From positions 143,814-207,813 of IMG/VR virus record IMGVR_UViG_3300042302_000394: a stretch of DNA of 64,000 nucleotides. The stretch is one strand, 5' to 3'. The notes under the pieces were generated by a model. The model was given only the letters and a program-made list of their open reading frames with translations, made no database searches and had not been told where the DNA came from. This document shows, in pieces, positions 1-9,577 of the stretch (positions within the stretch are counted from its first letter, which is position 1; every line of letters begins with the position of its first letter). The translations under genes were made by a program, and so were the position numbers.

Positions 1-1267
1 GGGCAAAACGGCTTTCACGCATTTCTCGACCTGTTGTGCCCATGCCTGCTGCTGCATCACTAGCACCAAACTCGTCACCGGCCGGTGCAGGTGCATTCAT
101 ATCGTCTGGTGCCGCAATATCCATGCTTGGATCATCTGTTGGCATACCTGCGTCCATGCCTGGCTCCATTCCCATATTGCCCATGTCTGGAGTAGCTTCG
201 CCTGCCAACACTGCAACTGCGCCGCTTACTGCTTCACGCTGTTGTGTCAATACTTCTAGTGTTGCGCTCAGTGCCGGGCCTACGGATGCCTTGAATGCTT
301 CTGCTTCTTGTGCTCCAAAGTCTGCCTTGATAGCATCAGCCAATTCAATCATTGTCTTTGTCTGATATTGACCAACACGTTGCATCCAACTTGTAAAGTC
401 ATTGACCATGTCGCCTGCGGCTGTGATAGCCTTGGCCTTGCCTTCTTCGTCTTCTTGCAATAAGAACTGTAGGCTCTCATTTACAAAGTGAACGTTGTGG
501 TTAAATTGGCTTTCTTTCATAGCCTTCTTAGCTTTCTTATCGCTGTCTGGTGCTTTAGGAGCATCCTTACCACCGTAGTTCTTGCCTGCTGTGTGCTTTA
601 GACCTGTAGCAGTTTTAGTAATCTCGCCACCTGTGCTTGACTTCTTCTTCTCGCCTGCTTTCATACTGGCTGTACCAGCGGCTGCTTTCTTAGCATCGTC
701 AACAGTTGGGAAACCTTCTTTGACTTTTTTGTCTTTAACGGCTTTCTTCATCGGTTCTTTTTTATTACCGTCTTTGTCCATGTCGAGGAAGTCTGGCTTA
801 GATCCTTTACCTTCTTCAAATGGCTTGCCTGACTTGGCAGCAGCTTTAGCACGACTACCCCAGACTTCGTCCTTAGGGCTTTCTTTCTTGCCATCGCCGT
901 CGTAGTCTTTAGCAGAGGTACCCTGTGAGTGAATCTTGTACTTAGGTGCTTTGACGCCCTTTTTAGCTTCACTTAGCTCTGTCATTTTGTCACGTAGTTT
1001 TTTGATGTCTTCACCTAGCATTTCTTTAATCCTTGTGTTGAGCAAGTCCAACATGGCCTTGTCTTTTTGGTATGTTTCGTTAGTTAGCAGATCGTTAATA
1101 CCTGCACGTCCTTCTTGTTGGAACACCCTTGTGCGTAGTTTGTTACGCATATCTTCTAGCTGCTCTCTGTCATATTTGTCAAGATGAACGTTAAGGCCAA
1201 ACATTTTATTCATGTTTTCCTTTAGTTTAAAACTAGTAATTGTAGCTGAAAAATCTGTTGTCTTCAT
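1..1267 (-). CDS. Putative head/internal virion protein, truncated by the window edge (absent from the ORF track)
   Basis: ATG at 1267 opens MKTTDFSATITSFKLKENMNKMFG..., containing DYDGDGKKE and KPDFLDMDKDGNKKEPMKKA (DxDxDG-type motifs seen in large-phage head proteins). TAAATA box upstream at about 1295-1300. Translated by hand for about the first 180 codons; appears to run to the edge. Confidence 0.75.
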   Translation of the reverse strand, partial: MKTTDFSATITSFKLKENMNKMFGLNVHLDKYDREQLEDMRNKLRTRVFQQEGRAGINDLLTNETYQKDKAMLDLLNTRIKEMLGEDIKKLRDKMTELSEAKKGVKAPKYKIHSQGTSAKDYDGDGKKESPKDEVWGSRAKAAAKSGKPFEEGKGSKPDFLDMDKDGNKKEPMKKAVKDKKVKEGFPTVDDAKKAAAGTASMKAGEKKKSSTGGEITKTATGLKHTAGKNYGGKDAPKAPDSDKKAKKAMKESQFNHNVHFVNESLQFLLQEDEEGKAKAITAAGDMVNDFTSWMQRVGQYQTKTMIELADAIKADFGAQEAEAFKASVGPALSATLEVLTQQREAVSGAVAVLAGEATPDMGNMGMEPGMDAGMPTDDPSMDIAAPDDMNAPAPAGDEFGASDAAAGMGTTGREMRESRFA

Positions 1268-1297
1268 AGTGGTTCCGAAAGAATTGGTTAAATTTAT

Positions 1298-1768
1298 TTA
1301 TCTAAACCGCATTAGTTTCTCGAAGACTTTCTTAACTTCAAACATGTGCTGATTCTTTTTGTGTCTTGCAATAATTGACTTTGTGTACATCATTTCGGCT
1401 TTGTCTAGGTCTTTTTTACCTAGGCTGCGCTCAGCTAAATGAGTATGCAATTCTTCATCGAAATGTGCATGGCCATATTTTGTATCTGCCTGCATTATAT
1501 TGTCATCTATATACTTGCCCAGTGCTAACCTGTTGGCCTGTATTGCTGCGGTTTGCGGTAAGTTTATACGATTAAGTATAACTTCATTTTTAAAATCCAG
1601 TATGGAGTAAAATCCAGACCCTTCTTTTTTGATGCTGTACGAACCTATTTGAATAGATCCATCACGTTTCTTTACAGGAACAACAATGCCCTGACGTTTA
1701 AGTGTTTCCTTAACATCAGTGCTGATTTGTTGAATCTTTAAATAAATTTCATCTGAAGTTATTTTCAT
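1298..1768 (-). CDS. Hypothetical protein
   Basis: 156-aa ORF in a tightly packed minus-strand operon. Confidence 0.75.
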   Translation of the reverse strand: MKITSDEIYLKIQQISTDVKETLKRQGIVVPVKKRDGSIQIGSYSIKKEGSGFYSILDFKNEVILNRINLPQTAAIQANRLALGKYIDDNIMQADTKYGHAHFDEELHTHLAERSLGKKDLDKAEMMYTKSIIARHKKNQHMFEVKKVFEKLMRFR

Positions 1769-1958
1769 CTAATTTCTTTATAATTGATCGGCTGTCATTA
1801 CTTAGTTCATAGATGCCCTTGCGTACAAGGTTCTGAGCAATCCATTTATCTCGCTCGTCTAGTGCGTTGATAGTGGCTTCAGGGAAACGCTTTACAAATT
1901 TTTGTTCTTCATTTGTAAGTGCAATTGAAACACCGTCTAAAAGTTGTGCAATTTTCAT
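1749..1958 (-). CDS. Hypothetical protein
   Basis: 69-aa ORF coupled to its neighbours; starts MKIAQLLD. Confidence 0.7.
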   Translation of the reverse strand: MKIAQLLDGVSIALTNEEQKFVKRFPEATINALDERDKWIAQNLVRKGIYELSNDSRSIIKKLDENNFR

Positions 1959-1959
1959 A

Positions 1960-2376
1960 TTACATTGTTCCCTGTGCAGGAGTTGTTTGGCCTGGCAGGG
2001 TAGCAGGCTTTTGTCCCATTGGCTGACCTGGCTTTTGTGCAGATAATTGTTTTAGAGCAGTTGCAAATCCTTGATTCTTCATCATAGGATTAACTAGTTT
2101 ACCTAACAGCTCTTGCTGATCAGGCCTTAATTGTTTAGGATTCTGCATGGCAACTTGCAGAGCGGATGTGGCATTGTTTAGATCTTCCGGGTTTGTAATA
2201 CCCTGTGGCATCAACAACTTGGCCATCTTTTCTTGATCGGGATTTGTGGTTGCCTTATTATCAGTATTGGTCGGTGCAGATGATTGACTAACTTGAGGAA
2301 CCTGACCAGGAGTGCCTGCAGTTGAGCCCACACTGCCAATTGGTTGAATCTGCTCTAGAAGTTCGAATATACGCAT
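1960..2376 (-). CDS. Q/P-rich hypothetical protein, putative capsid-internal protein
   Basis: 138 aa, low complexity; N-terminus MRIFELLE resembles a capsid-targeting sequence. Confidence 0.7.
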   Translation of the reverse strand: MRIFELLEQIQPIGSVGSTAGTPGQVPQVSQSSAPTNTDNKATTNPDQEKMAKLLMPQGITNPEDLNNATSALQVAMQNPKQLRPDQQELLGKLVNPMMKNQGFATALKQLSAQKPGQPMGQKPATLPGQTTPAQGTM

Positions 2377-2377
2377 G

Positions 2378-2683
2378 TTATTTTATAAATTTTAAGATAG
2401 TGTCAGCATGTGCTGTTGCCCAACCTAATACTATCATTCCGCCGGCAAACGTATACATCCACCTGTCTTTTAATCTTTCCATGGCAGATATTTTTTTAGC
2501 CAGTTCCTCGTGCTGCTGGCAACTGGCCTGATACATAGTATCAAGTTTAACTCCTAGTTCATCACGAGTTTTATCTAGACAATCGTGCATTTCTTTTACA
2601 TCGACTTTAAGATTGTCTAATTTTTCATCTAAGTTAGTGACCTTGGTCTCTACTATACCAAGTCGCTCTACTGTTGTTGCCAT
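2378..2683 (-). CDS. Coiled-coil protein with C-terminal TM helix (holin/XhlA-like architecture)
   Basis: Heptad-rich N-terminus, hydrophobic WMYTFAGGMIVLGW near the C-terminus, AAGGAG RBS. Confidence 0.6.
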   Translation of the reverse strand: MATTVERLGIVETKVTNLDEKLDNLKVDVKEMHDCLDKTRDELGVKLDTMYQASCQQHEELAKKISAMERLKDRWMYTFAGGMIVLGWATAHADTILKFIK

Positions 2684-2721
2684 TGAGGCTCTCCTTAATT
2701 TTTAAAACTGAAACTTACTAC

Positions 2722-3147
2722 TTAGTTATTGCCTTGGATTGCCTTGATGATGGTATTTTTAGTGGCGGCGTTTTTTAACTCAAACATGGCCGTATCCATA
2801 TTTATAGTTTCTGTCAATTTTTGGATAACGGGGACTCCGTTGACATCGTCGAGTAGTGCGCCAACTTCGTTGTTTCCTTCTATGTAAGCCCCACTACGAT
2901 CTGGATAGAATCGGAATGTCCATACCCTGTGTTTGCCCTTGTATTGTGATCCAAATCCTAGATCCTTGATGTCGACTGTTTCCACAGTTGGACTAGCGTC
3001 ATAGCTGATAATAGATCTAATCTCAACACATTGTCTCAGTGTTGTAAAGTTTCGATATTGATCGTGTGCTAGAACAGATCCTTGATTGGGTCTAGCGACT
3101 TTAGTGTCTGTAATGTCTACAAGTGTTTGAATTTCGATGGTTTGCAT
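2722..3147 (-). CDS. Hypothetical late protein
   Basis: 141-aa ORF with a TAAATA box upstream. Confidence 0.75.
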   Translation of the reverse strand: MQTIEIQTLVDITDTKVARPNQGSVLAHDQYRNFTTLRQCVEIRSIISYDASPTVETVDIKDLGFGSQYKGKHRVWTFRFYPDRSGAYIEGNNEVGALLDDVNGVPVIQKLTETINMDTAMFELKNAATKNTIIKAIQGNN

Positions 3148-3180
3148 AAAGTACCTATTTAATTACAGATATTTATGTCA

Positions 3181-3208
3181 AAGAAAAAGGACGCTAAAAA
3201 ACGTCCTT
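3181..3208 (-). terminator. Rho-independent terminator
   Basis: On the minus strand AAGGACG-loop-CGTCCTT followed by a T-rich tail, just after the 3229-3633 gene. Confidence 0.65.
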
Positions 3209-3228
3209 CTCTTATCTAAGTAATTAGA

Positions 3229-3633
3229 TTATAGTGCGTAAGCAACTACGGTAGCATTTGCAAGGTTAACACCCTGGTGTGTACCAGCGGCAATAACTAG
3301 GTCTTCTAGGTGAACAGCGAAAGCTTCGCTGTTTGTACCGTCATATGTGTCAGCACCGTATGCACCGCCGATTGCTGCAACAGCAATACGTAGGCCATTA
3401 CCAGCACCGCCAGTTGCATCACCTGCACCGATAATTTCGATGCTAGCAACTTGTGCAATTGCTTCTAGAGCAACAGCAACTGGGCTGCGTGGAGCATTTG
3501 GGAATCCAACTGGGTCAGAATCGAACATTGCAGATACGTCTGCGCCGAAGTCAATTTGGAAGAACTGTAGTGTTACGCCGTTCTTGTAAAAAGGTGCTAC
3601 TACCTTTTCGTTTTTGTTTGTTAATGTTGCCAT
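3229..3633 (-). CDS. Probable abundant virion structural protein
   Basis: 134 aa, Ala/Gly-rich; strong AAGGAG RBS, 5' hairpin (about 3659-3678), TAAATA box and its own terminator. Confidence 0.6.
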   Translation of the reverse strand: MATLTNKNEKVVAPFYKNGVTLQFFQIDFGADVSAMFDSDPVGFPNAPRSPVAVALEAIAQVASIEIIGAGDATGGAGNGLRIAVAAIGGAYGADTYDGTNSEAFAVHLEDLVIAAGTHQGVNLANATVVAYAL

Positions 3634-3726
3634 TTTAATGGTCTCCTTAATCGTTTTTGAACTCCCCTATGGAGCTCGTTATGTTTTTATTTAGTCTCTT
3701 TGAAAAAAATTTACTCAAATGACTGA

Positions 3727-4026
3727 TTAATCGTCATCTTTTAGGTCACCCTCGATAACTTTTAACCCTTTAGCAGTTTCTTTACTATCACGTAACTTAC
3801 GTATACCCCTAGTAAATTTAGTAGGATCACCTGCTTTGATGCTGTTTAAGAGGCGCCGCTCTAACTCATACGCCTGCTCAGGTGGGAAATTTTCCTTAAT
3901 GATTGCTAAAAGATTAATTGCGCTATTAATGACATGAGCAGCTCTACTTTCTACAATAGCTTCGCCGTCTTTCTTAAGCGTAATTGAATTTAGTTCTTCT
4001 AATAGGCTTTTTGTGGCTCTTTTCAA
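3727..4026 (-). CDS. Hypothetical protein (probable TTG start at 4026)
   Basis: AAAGGA RBS 7 nt before the TTG; TAAATA at 4044-4049. Confidence 0.7.
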   Translation of the reverse strand: MKRATKSLLEELNSITLKKDGEAIVESRAAHVINSAINLLAIIKENFPPEQAYELERRLLNSIKAGDPTKFTRGIRKLRDSKETAKGLKVIEGDLKDDD

Positions 4027-4176
4027 GTTAGTATCCTTTGCAATATTTAGTTTCAAATAAAGTATAATAGATATTTTGGTAAAATACTATCTTGTTTTAA
4101 CTCAGTAGAAACACTAATATATAAATACAGAGTCAGTAGAAACCATGAGTCTACCCACACTTACAGAGGAAAAAAT

Positions 4177-4353
4177 ATGAAAATTATATCAGAATTTATG
4201 CTAGGACTAATGGAACGTTTAAGTGAGATGTTTCCGGGATCTAGTTATCAAAGCCGCTTAGACGCATATCTAAGCACCAAAGGCATTACCGATGCCGCAC
4301 AGTTGGAAACTTACGTCCGACAATTTAATTCTCAAAAGGAAAACTATCTATGA
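4177..4353 (+). CDS. DUF3563-like small protein, 58 aa (absent from the ORF track)
   Basis: GAGGA RBS; MKIISEFMLGLMERLSEMFPGSSYQSRLDAYLSTKGITDAAQLETYVRQFNSQKENYL; the AYL..x..D...LE...R pattern recalls betaproteobacterial DUF3563. Confidence 0.6.
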   Translation: MKIISEFMLGLMERLSEMFPGSSYQSRLDAYLSTKGITDAAQLETYVRQFNSQKENYL

Positions 4354-4472
4354 AAAAATTACTAAACATTCTATACGAAATTGGCCTAAGCATTGGTCAA
4401 GCTCGTGCTGCTTCTGCTATGGTTCGTGCAGGCATGCACAAAGAAGCACAGACATTACTGGCTGGCAAGTAA
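4350..4472 (+). CDS. Small hypothetical protein, 40 aa (absent from the ORF track)
   Basis: ATGA overlap with the upstream stop; MKKLLNILYEIGLSIGQARAASAMVRAGMHKEAQTLLAGK. Confidence 0.65.
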   Translation: MKKLLNILYEIGLSIGQARAASAMVRAGMHKEAQTLLAGK

Positions 4473-4493
4473 TATCGTATTTTGTCAGATCGC

Positions 4494-4527
4494 TTTACAC
4501 AGCGTAACAAGATCTATATAATAAATA
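4494..4527 (+). promoter_or_regulatory. Overlapping sigma70-type and late-type promoter
   Basis: TTTACA-17nt-TATAAT, with TAAATA overlapping the -10 box (TATAATAAATA). Confidence 0.6.
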
Positions 4528-4578
4528 CTTAGGCAGTAATGATACTGCTTATACAAACATACACACAAGGAGAAAAAT

Positions 4579-4833
4579 ATGTTTTCAGCATTTGCACCAT
4601 ACTTTACGCTCGAGGCACAGATCGATGCGTTTCAAACTACCAAGCGTGGTTTAACAGATAAGATCATCACTGATCCTACATTGAACAAAGCGGCACACCA
4701 ATACATCGATGCTCAGACTACATTTGCCAAGATGTTGTCTAAGAACTTCGCTGATCTTGCCAAGTATTCCGTGGATTCTTTTGCCAACAAGGCATTTCCA
4801 CAGACTAAAGAAAAAGCCACTACTAAGGCTTAA
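4579..4833 (+). CDS. Phasin-like amphipathic helical protein
   Basis: 84 aa, AAGGAG RBS, Ala/Thr/Lys-rich helical pattern (IDAFQTTK...YIDAQTTFAK) recalling phasins. Confidence 0.45.
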   Translation: MFSAFAPYFTLEAQIDAFQTTKRGLTDKIITDPTLNKAAHQYIDAQTTFAKMLSKNFADLAKYSVDSFANKAFPQTKEKATTKA

Positions 4834-4855
4834 TACACACATACAGGAAAAAAAT

Positions 4856-5125
4856 ATGACAGACTTTAATACACCAAAGCTACCAGAAGTTAAATTTAAT
4901 AAGAACGGCTACGAAATCCGTACAGACATTCTAGGCATGGCAAAAAGCCTAGTACAAGAAGATTTCCATGCTAAATTTCAAGGCTGGGAAATGACTGCTA
5001 CTCGTGACGAGAAGACTGGTCAGATCGTCAGTACTGTTGCAATGCCGACTTTTCCAGGACTAGACAAAGTTCTTGAAACAGCAGAAAAAATGTACGCATT
5101 TGTCAACGCTGGCGCCAAGAAATAA
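4856..5125 (+). CDS. Conserved phage hypothetical protein, called gene X here (89 aa)
   Basis: AGGA RBS, ATG at 4856: [26 protein letters not shown]...; second copy at 9225-9485. Confidence 0.8.
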   Translation: MTDFNTPKLPEVKFNKNGYEIRTDILGMAKSLVQEDFHAKFQGWEMTATRDEKTGQIVSTVAMPTFPGLDKVLETAEKMYAFVNAGAKK

Positions 5126-5173
5126 TTTATAATAATATTAGGGCATAGCCCATAAAATAATATACTAGAAAAT

Positions 5174-5200
5174 AAAAAAGGACCTTCGGGTCCTTTTTTT
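5174..5200. terminator. Bidirectional terminator with UUCG loop
   Basis: AAAAAAGGACC-TTCG-GGTCCTTTTTTT between convergent genes. Confidence 0.9.
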
Positions 5201-5603
5201 ATAGTGGCTTGCTTCTTAGATAGTTAGGATATCGTTTATTGAAGTTACGCATAATAACTCCTGCTATCTCATGTGCTTGATTTTCATGCGGACTACCTGT
5301 TTCACCACTAGTATCCGTTAGCTCACCTTGCTGATCTTGTTTGTAATGAACCAGCTCGTGTGCCACTGTTCTCAGTATGTCAACAGGGTGACGGTTCTTT
5401 AAGGCAACTAACAGCATATTCTCACTCGGCACGTATGCACCAAAGCTGGGCTGCTCGCCTGTATTTAGATCCGGGGCAAACTGCATCTTAGGCAACTGAT
5501 CTATTTCAAGGATCTCCATAGCTAGAGGTAGAAACTTTTGAAACATTTCCACAACGTTGGCATTTTCCTCTGCGCCTTCAACAATAAACTGACGTGCTCT
5601 CAT
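5199..5603 (-). CDS. Zincin-like metallopeptidase (HExxH)
   Basis: RTVAHELVH followed by E..A.E (PHENQAHE); N-terminus MRARQFIVE. Confidence 0.7.
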   Translation of the reverse strand: MRARQFIVEGAEENANVVEMFQKFLPLAMEILEIDQLPKMQFAPDLNTGEQPSFGAYVPSENMLLVALKNRHPVDILRTVAHELVHYKQDQQGELTDTSGETGSPHENQAHEIAGVIMRNFNKRYPNYLRSKPL

Positions 5604-5611
5604 AGCAGTAT

Positions 5612-8600
5612 TTAGCGCCGAACAAAATGATAATCACCGTCGGGTCCGTTGTTGCTAAAGATACCCAAACAGTCGAACCCTTGTGTGTCCATATATGCTA
5701 TTACATCATCTTTTAACGGGGCACCTTTATTGTATTCTACAACCTGTAGTTCTAGAATAACATGTTTCACTGTGGATAATGTTTCTACAGCACCCTTTAG
5801 CACATCTAACTCTGCACCTTGTACATCCATTTTAATCATATCTGGGGGAGGAAAGTTTTTAAGGCGGCGTACAGCATCTAGGGTCACTGTCTTTAGCCTA
5901 CGACGATGTGTTTCGTTAAAGTAGTTGACTGTTTCGGGATTTACTTCTTCGTTTTCTTTGTAATAACTGTTGCCACCCGGATGTACATCATTTTGATAGA
6001 AGTCAACTTCTTTGCCACTCTGGTCACTTAGCACACCCATATGATATTGCAAATTACGTTCTTTATATAGGAACTCGCTACTGTCCATTGCTTCAAATAC
6101 AACATACTTTGCTCGATCCCAAATACGTTGTGCTTCGTTAGTCCAGTGCAGAACACATGCACCGATATCGTATATAACCTTTGGTTCAAACCCTTCATTC
6201 TTGAGTTTGGCAAGATAATCTACATGGTTACGAGGAATCAGTCGTTGACTTCCTAACTCCCGTAAACGATCCTGTATGTTAAACGGTGTTACATCTGGGG
6301 CAGCAGTAATGGCATTATCTACATTAAAAGTAAAGCTGCCAGTATGGCTGCATAACACACTGGGATCTGCCCAAATTTTAAATCCTTTGTCCCGGGCCTT
6401 GCGACAGAAATCTACATCTTCTGAAACAGTGTTCCTATGATCGATAGCACTATAATACTTAAATTGTGGATAACCTATTTCACACATAACTTCTGCTTTG
6501 ACTAGAGCACAACCAAATCCACAGCCGGCAATTTCAACTAAAGGTCTACCCTTTAGCTTTTCATACGGCATATTGCTTACTCCGCCATTCTGATTGTGTT
6601 CATATATTTCTAAAATATGTAATCCAGGTTTACGTTGTATGTATAAACCGCTGACAACATCCTTATCGTGCGATAGCAACTTTGACAGTGTGTTAGGAGG
6701 GAAGCTAATATCACTATCTACACTGAATAGATAATCAAATCCTTTTACTACCCAGTCGGCAATCAAGTTGCGTACCTGATCAATATTGTATCCGTAAAAA
6801 TATTGGAACGTTGCTTCGTAGCCCTCGGGGATGATTAAGTCATAGATACTTTTAAAAGTTTCCGGTTCAATATTACGAGCTGTTGGAATTGCTATGAGAA
6901 TCTTTTTTTTAGATGGATTCATTTTTTTAATAATAGATTTAGCTGCTACGTTTTGTTCAATAGCATTTACTTTGTAATCGTTGAGTGGATTAACATCATT
7001 GTAATTATATACAATATCTTGTAGACATTTAACTTTACTAGGATCAGCATTTTCGATTAGTGCATAGAAAATACTGCCGTCACCGCCTGCCTTATACCAT
7101 GCACCTGTGTCATCTTGGAATAGGCTATCGTCTAGACCGTCAATTAACTGTTGTTTAAATGTGCGTAGGTGTGTGTAAGGTAAGATCCAATTAAAGTGAT
7201 GATTCCTGTATTCTTTGCTGTTCTTTACGTGCTCGGGATAAGGCTGACTAATCAATGGAATATTATCAACCATTGACCAGCAACTACCGTAGGTAAATTC
7301 TGTTGTGCCGTCATACACATTGTTATAGTAGCTGAACACAGTGTTGTCATTAACTAGACTGTCGTCACCGTCGAGTATCATTACAATAGCATTGGGATCT
7401 TGTAGACTTCTAAATGTATCTATTTGATTTTTTACTGCGCCTACGTTATTTTGATTTTCAATAACTTCAAACTTGGCTCGAATGTGTGCAGGATAGGCTG
7501 ACAGTGCAGTGTACAATGCTTCCAGTGTATTATCAGTACTTGCATCGTCTACCAAAATACATCGATAGTTGTCGTAGTCTTGTGTAGCAATACTGTTGAT
7601 GCAACGTGCAATATAATTTTTGCAATTGTAGAATGTGCTAACAACCACAATAGGTTGCTCTGTTCCCGGCTTGTAATCTTCTAATTCAACTGTATTATGA
7701 AACTTGCGATTGTAAATCTTGTGCAGTCTGTGGTTGATTTTGCTAACAGCACGATAGTCACTGCTGCTTAGATAATGTCCTGTCTTTTTATAAAAATGCT
7801 GCTTCCATTGCAGTGCTACACTGTCCCAACCCGCAATGTCTTTAACAATGTTGCAATAGTATTGTTTCTGTTGATGTAGATACGGATTACGATATGCTTC
7901 TACCGTGGTCTTGACAAACTGTTCAACCTGTGTTGGTACACTGATATCCGGAAACAGTCCATTGGGTTCAATAGCATAGTCAATTAAGTAACAAGCACCT
8001 GCCACTGCAATTTCTTCTAATGCACCAAAGCGGCAAGTTATGATAGGAGTGTTGTAGCATAAACTCTCCATTGATGAAATGCCGTAGGTTTCCGGAAACG
8101 CTGCCGGATACAGCATGAAGTTAGCAGTAGTTAGTATATCGGCAATTTCTTTCTGCGGTATAACACCTGTAAATTCTATACCTTGTGCTGCTAGCTGCGG
8201 ATCAGCAGCCATCTCGCGCCAATCTTTTTCTTGTTGATCAGGTTCTGCATTTGTGCTAAATCTATAGTAGCCGCCTATGACTTTTAGTTTAGCTTCAGGT
8301 ATATGTCGCTTGACATGTGGCCAGATCATTTTAACCAGCGGAATCATTCCTTTGGTCACTGATGCATTATAAACAAACAAATTCTTATCTTTGGCTTTGA
8401 TATCCACTTCGCGATTATAGATGCGTACACCGTTACGTGTGATGAACATCTTACGCTTTAGTACTTCGAAGTTTCGTCTGCGGCCATGATGACAGTTAGT
8501 AACATAGGTTAGGTGGAAATCGCTTAGTGTAAAGATGTCTGTAATTCTATCTGCAACAGCAAGCTCTTCGATCAAGTTATCGCCTAGACAGAATGTGTCG

Positions 8601-8980
8601 TGCATCCACAATACTCGCATTTTAGCTTTACTGATAATCCTGTCGTATAGATTCATAGACATGAATGGTACACTGCGATTATCGTTTAATCTCGGATAAT
8701 CTTTCGGATCAGTGAATGGAATAATTGTGCGACTGCTTATAACAATATCAAACTCGTGATTGTTAGCTAGATCTGTAAGTGGCCTATAAGTTACTGTGTC
8801 GTACTTGCCAGGTACTGCATGATCAATGTTACAGTTATTGAACACTGTAACATCAAATCCAATTTGTGCGAGTTCCCTACTCATTAGGATAACAGCACTT
8901 TCGCTGCCTCCTAGTCCTTGTTTGAATACCGTAGTTCCGTCGTATGGGATGCCGATAATATCTATAATAGCTAGCTTCAT
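5612..8980 (-). CDS. Four-domain enzyme: GT4-like (GT-B), GT2, second GT-A domain and FkbM-family methyltransferase
   Basis: GLGGSE and PETYGISSMES (GT4); VVVSTFYN...LVDDASTD...LDGDD (GT2); IAIPT...VDSD...GCGFGC (GT-A); YDIGAC and IKMDVQGAE (FkbM). Confidence 0.9.
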   Translation of the reverse strand: MKLAIIDIIGIPYDGTTVFKQGLGGSESAVILMSRELAQIGFDVTVFNNCNIDHAVPGKYDTVTYRPLTDLANNHEFDIVISSRTIIPFTDPKDYPRLNDNRSVPFMSMNLYDRIISKAKMRVLWMHDTFCLGDNLIEELAVADRITDIFTLSDFHLTYVTNCHHGRRRNFEVLKRKMFITRNGVRIYNREVDIKAKDKNLFVYNASVTKGMIPLVKMIWPHVKRHIPEAKLKVIGGYYRFSTNAEPDQQEKDWREMAADPQLAAQGIEFTGVIPQKEIADILTTANFMLYPAAFPETYGISSMESLCYNTPIITCRFGALEEIAVAGACYLIDYAIEPNGLFPDISVPTQVEQFVKTTVEAYRNPYLHQQKQYYCNIVKDIAGWDSVALQWKQHFYKKTGHYLSSSDYRAVSKINHRLHKIYNRKFHNTVELEDYKPGTEQPIVVVSTFYNCKNYIARCINSIATQDYDNYRCILVDDASTDNTLEALYTALSAYPAHIRAKFEVIENQNNVGAVKNQIDTFRSLQDPNAIVMILDGDDSLVNDNTVFSYYNNVYDGTTEFTYGSCWSMVDNIPLISQPYPEHVKNSKEYRNHHFNWILPYTHLRTFKQQLIDGLDDSLFQDDTGAWYKAGGDGSIFYALIENADPSKVKCLQDIVYNYNDVNPLNDYKVNAIEQNVAAKSIIKKMNPSKKKILIAIPTARNIEPETFKSIYDLIIPEGYEATFQYFYGYNIDQVRNLIADWVVKGFDYLFSVDSDISFPPNTLSKLLSHDKDVVSGLYIQRKPGLHILEIYEHNQNGGVSNMPYEKLKGRPLVEIAGCGFGCALVKAEVMCEIGYPQFKYYSAIDHRNTVSEDVDFCRKARDKGFKIWADPSVLCSHTGSFTFNVDNAITAAPDVTPFNIQDRLRELGSQRLIPRNHVDYLAKLKNEGFEPKVIYDIGACVLHWTNEAQRIWDRAKYVVFEAMDSSEFLYKERNLQYHMGVLSDQSGKEVDFYQNDVHPGGNSYYKENEEVNPETVNYFNETHRRRLKTVTLDAVRRLKNFPPPDMIKMDVQGAELDVLKGAVETLSTVKHVILELQVVEYNKGAPLKDDVIAYMDTQGFDCLGIFSNNGPDGDYHFVRR

Positions 8981-9102
8981 GCTATTAATTATACAGTATA
9001 TCTTAGTAGGGTCAATGATATTGATTTTTACTCATTGATCGGATAATGCTCGTGAAATTAATCTTTTAATAATCTAGGTAAGACTCTGTCAGTGCTGTAA
9101 AG

Positions 9103-9237
9103 TTAAGAAGTTTGGAAAGGACCTGCAGGTGCCGTGAAGTTAGCAGTGTAACGTGCTACACCATTGGTAATTCTGAAGTCACTAATGTATCCGTTCAAAT
9201 AATCACCAGCCTGGCCTCCAAAGTTTTGAAACCCCAA
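9103..9237 (-). pseudogene. Orphaned C-terminal remnant of a LamG tail-fibre gene
   Basis: Reads [43 protein letters not shown], paralogous to the end of 9578-14158 ([30 protein letters not shown]). In-frame stop at 9250-9252; no ATG or RBS. Confidence 0.85.
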
Positions 9238-9485
9238 AATTGCCAGAAGTTAAATTCAACAAAAACGGATACGAAATCCGTACAGATATCCTAGATATGG
9301 CAAAGGGACTAGTAAGCGAAGAATTTCATTCCAAATTTCAAGGTTGGGAAATGACTGCTACTCGTGACGAGAAGACTGGTCAGATCGTTACCAAAGTTGG
9401 TATGCCAGAGTTTCCAGGACTTGAAAAAGTTCTTGAGACAGCGGAAAAAATGTATAGTTTTGTCAATGCTGGTGCTAAGAAATAA
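9225..9485 (+). pseudogene. 5'-truncated second allele of gene X
   Basis: [27 protein letters not shown]...VNAGAKK*. Lacks the first codons and RBS, with an in-frame stop at 9183. The 3' UTR and terminator are also duplicated. Confidence 0.8.
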
Positions 9486-9537
9486 TTTTATAATAATAAT
9501 ATTAGGGCATAGCCCAAACATAATATAGTAAGTAATG

Positions 9538-9561
9538 AAAAAGGACCCGAAGGTCCTTTTT
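9538..9561. terminator. Bidirectional terminator
   Basis: AAAAAGGACC-CGAA-GGTCCTTTTT; same hairpin as 5174-5200 with the loop in the opposite orientation. Confidence 0.9.
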
Positions 9562-9577
9562 CTATAGTATTTCGCTG

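Noticed and set aside
4709-4855. Long N-terminal extension of gene X given by the ORF track (similarly 36254-36526, 37950-38003, 29823-29852, 57800-57856)
   Set aside because: These extensions overlap upstream genes or promoters; internal ATGs with RBS or TAAATA spacing are the better starts.
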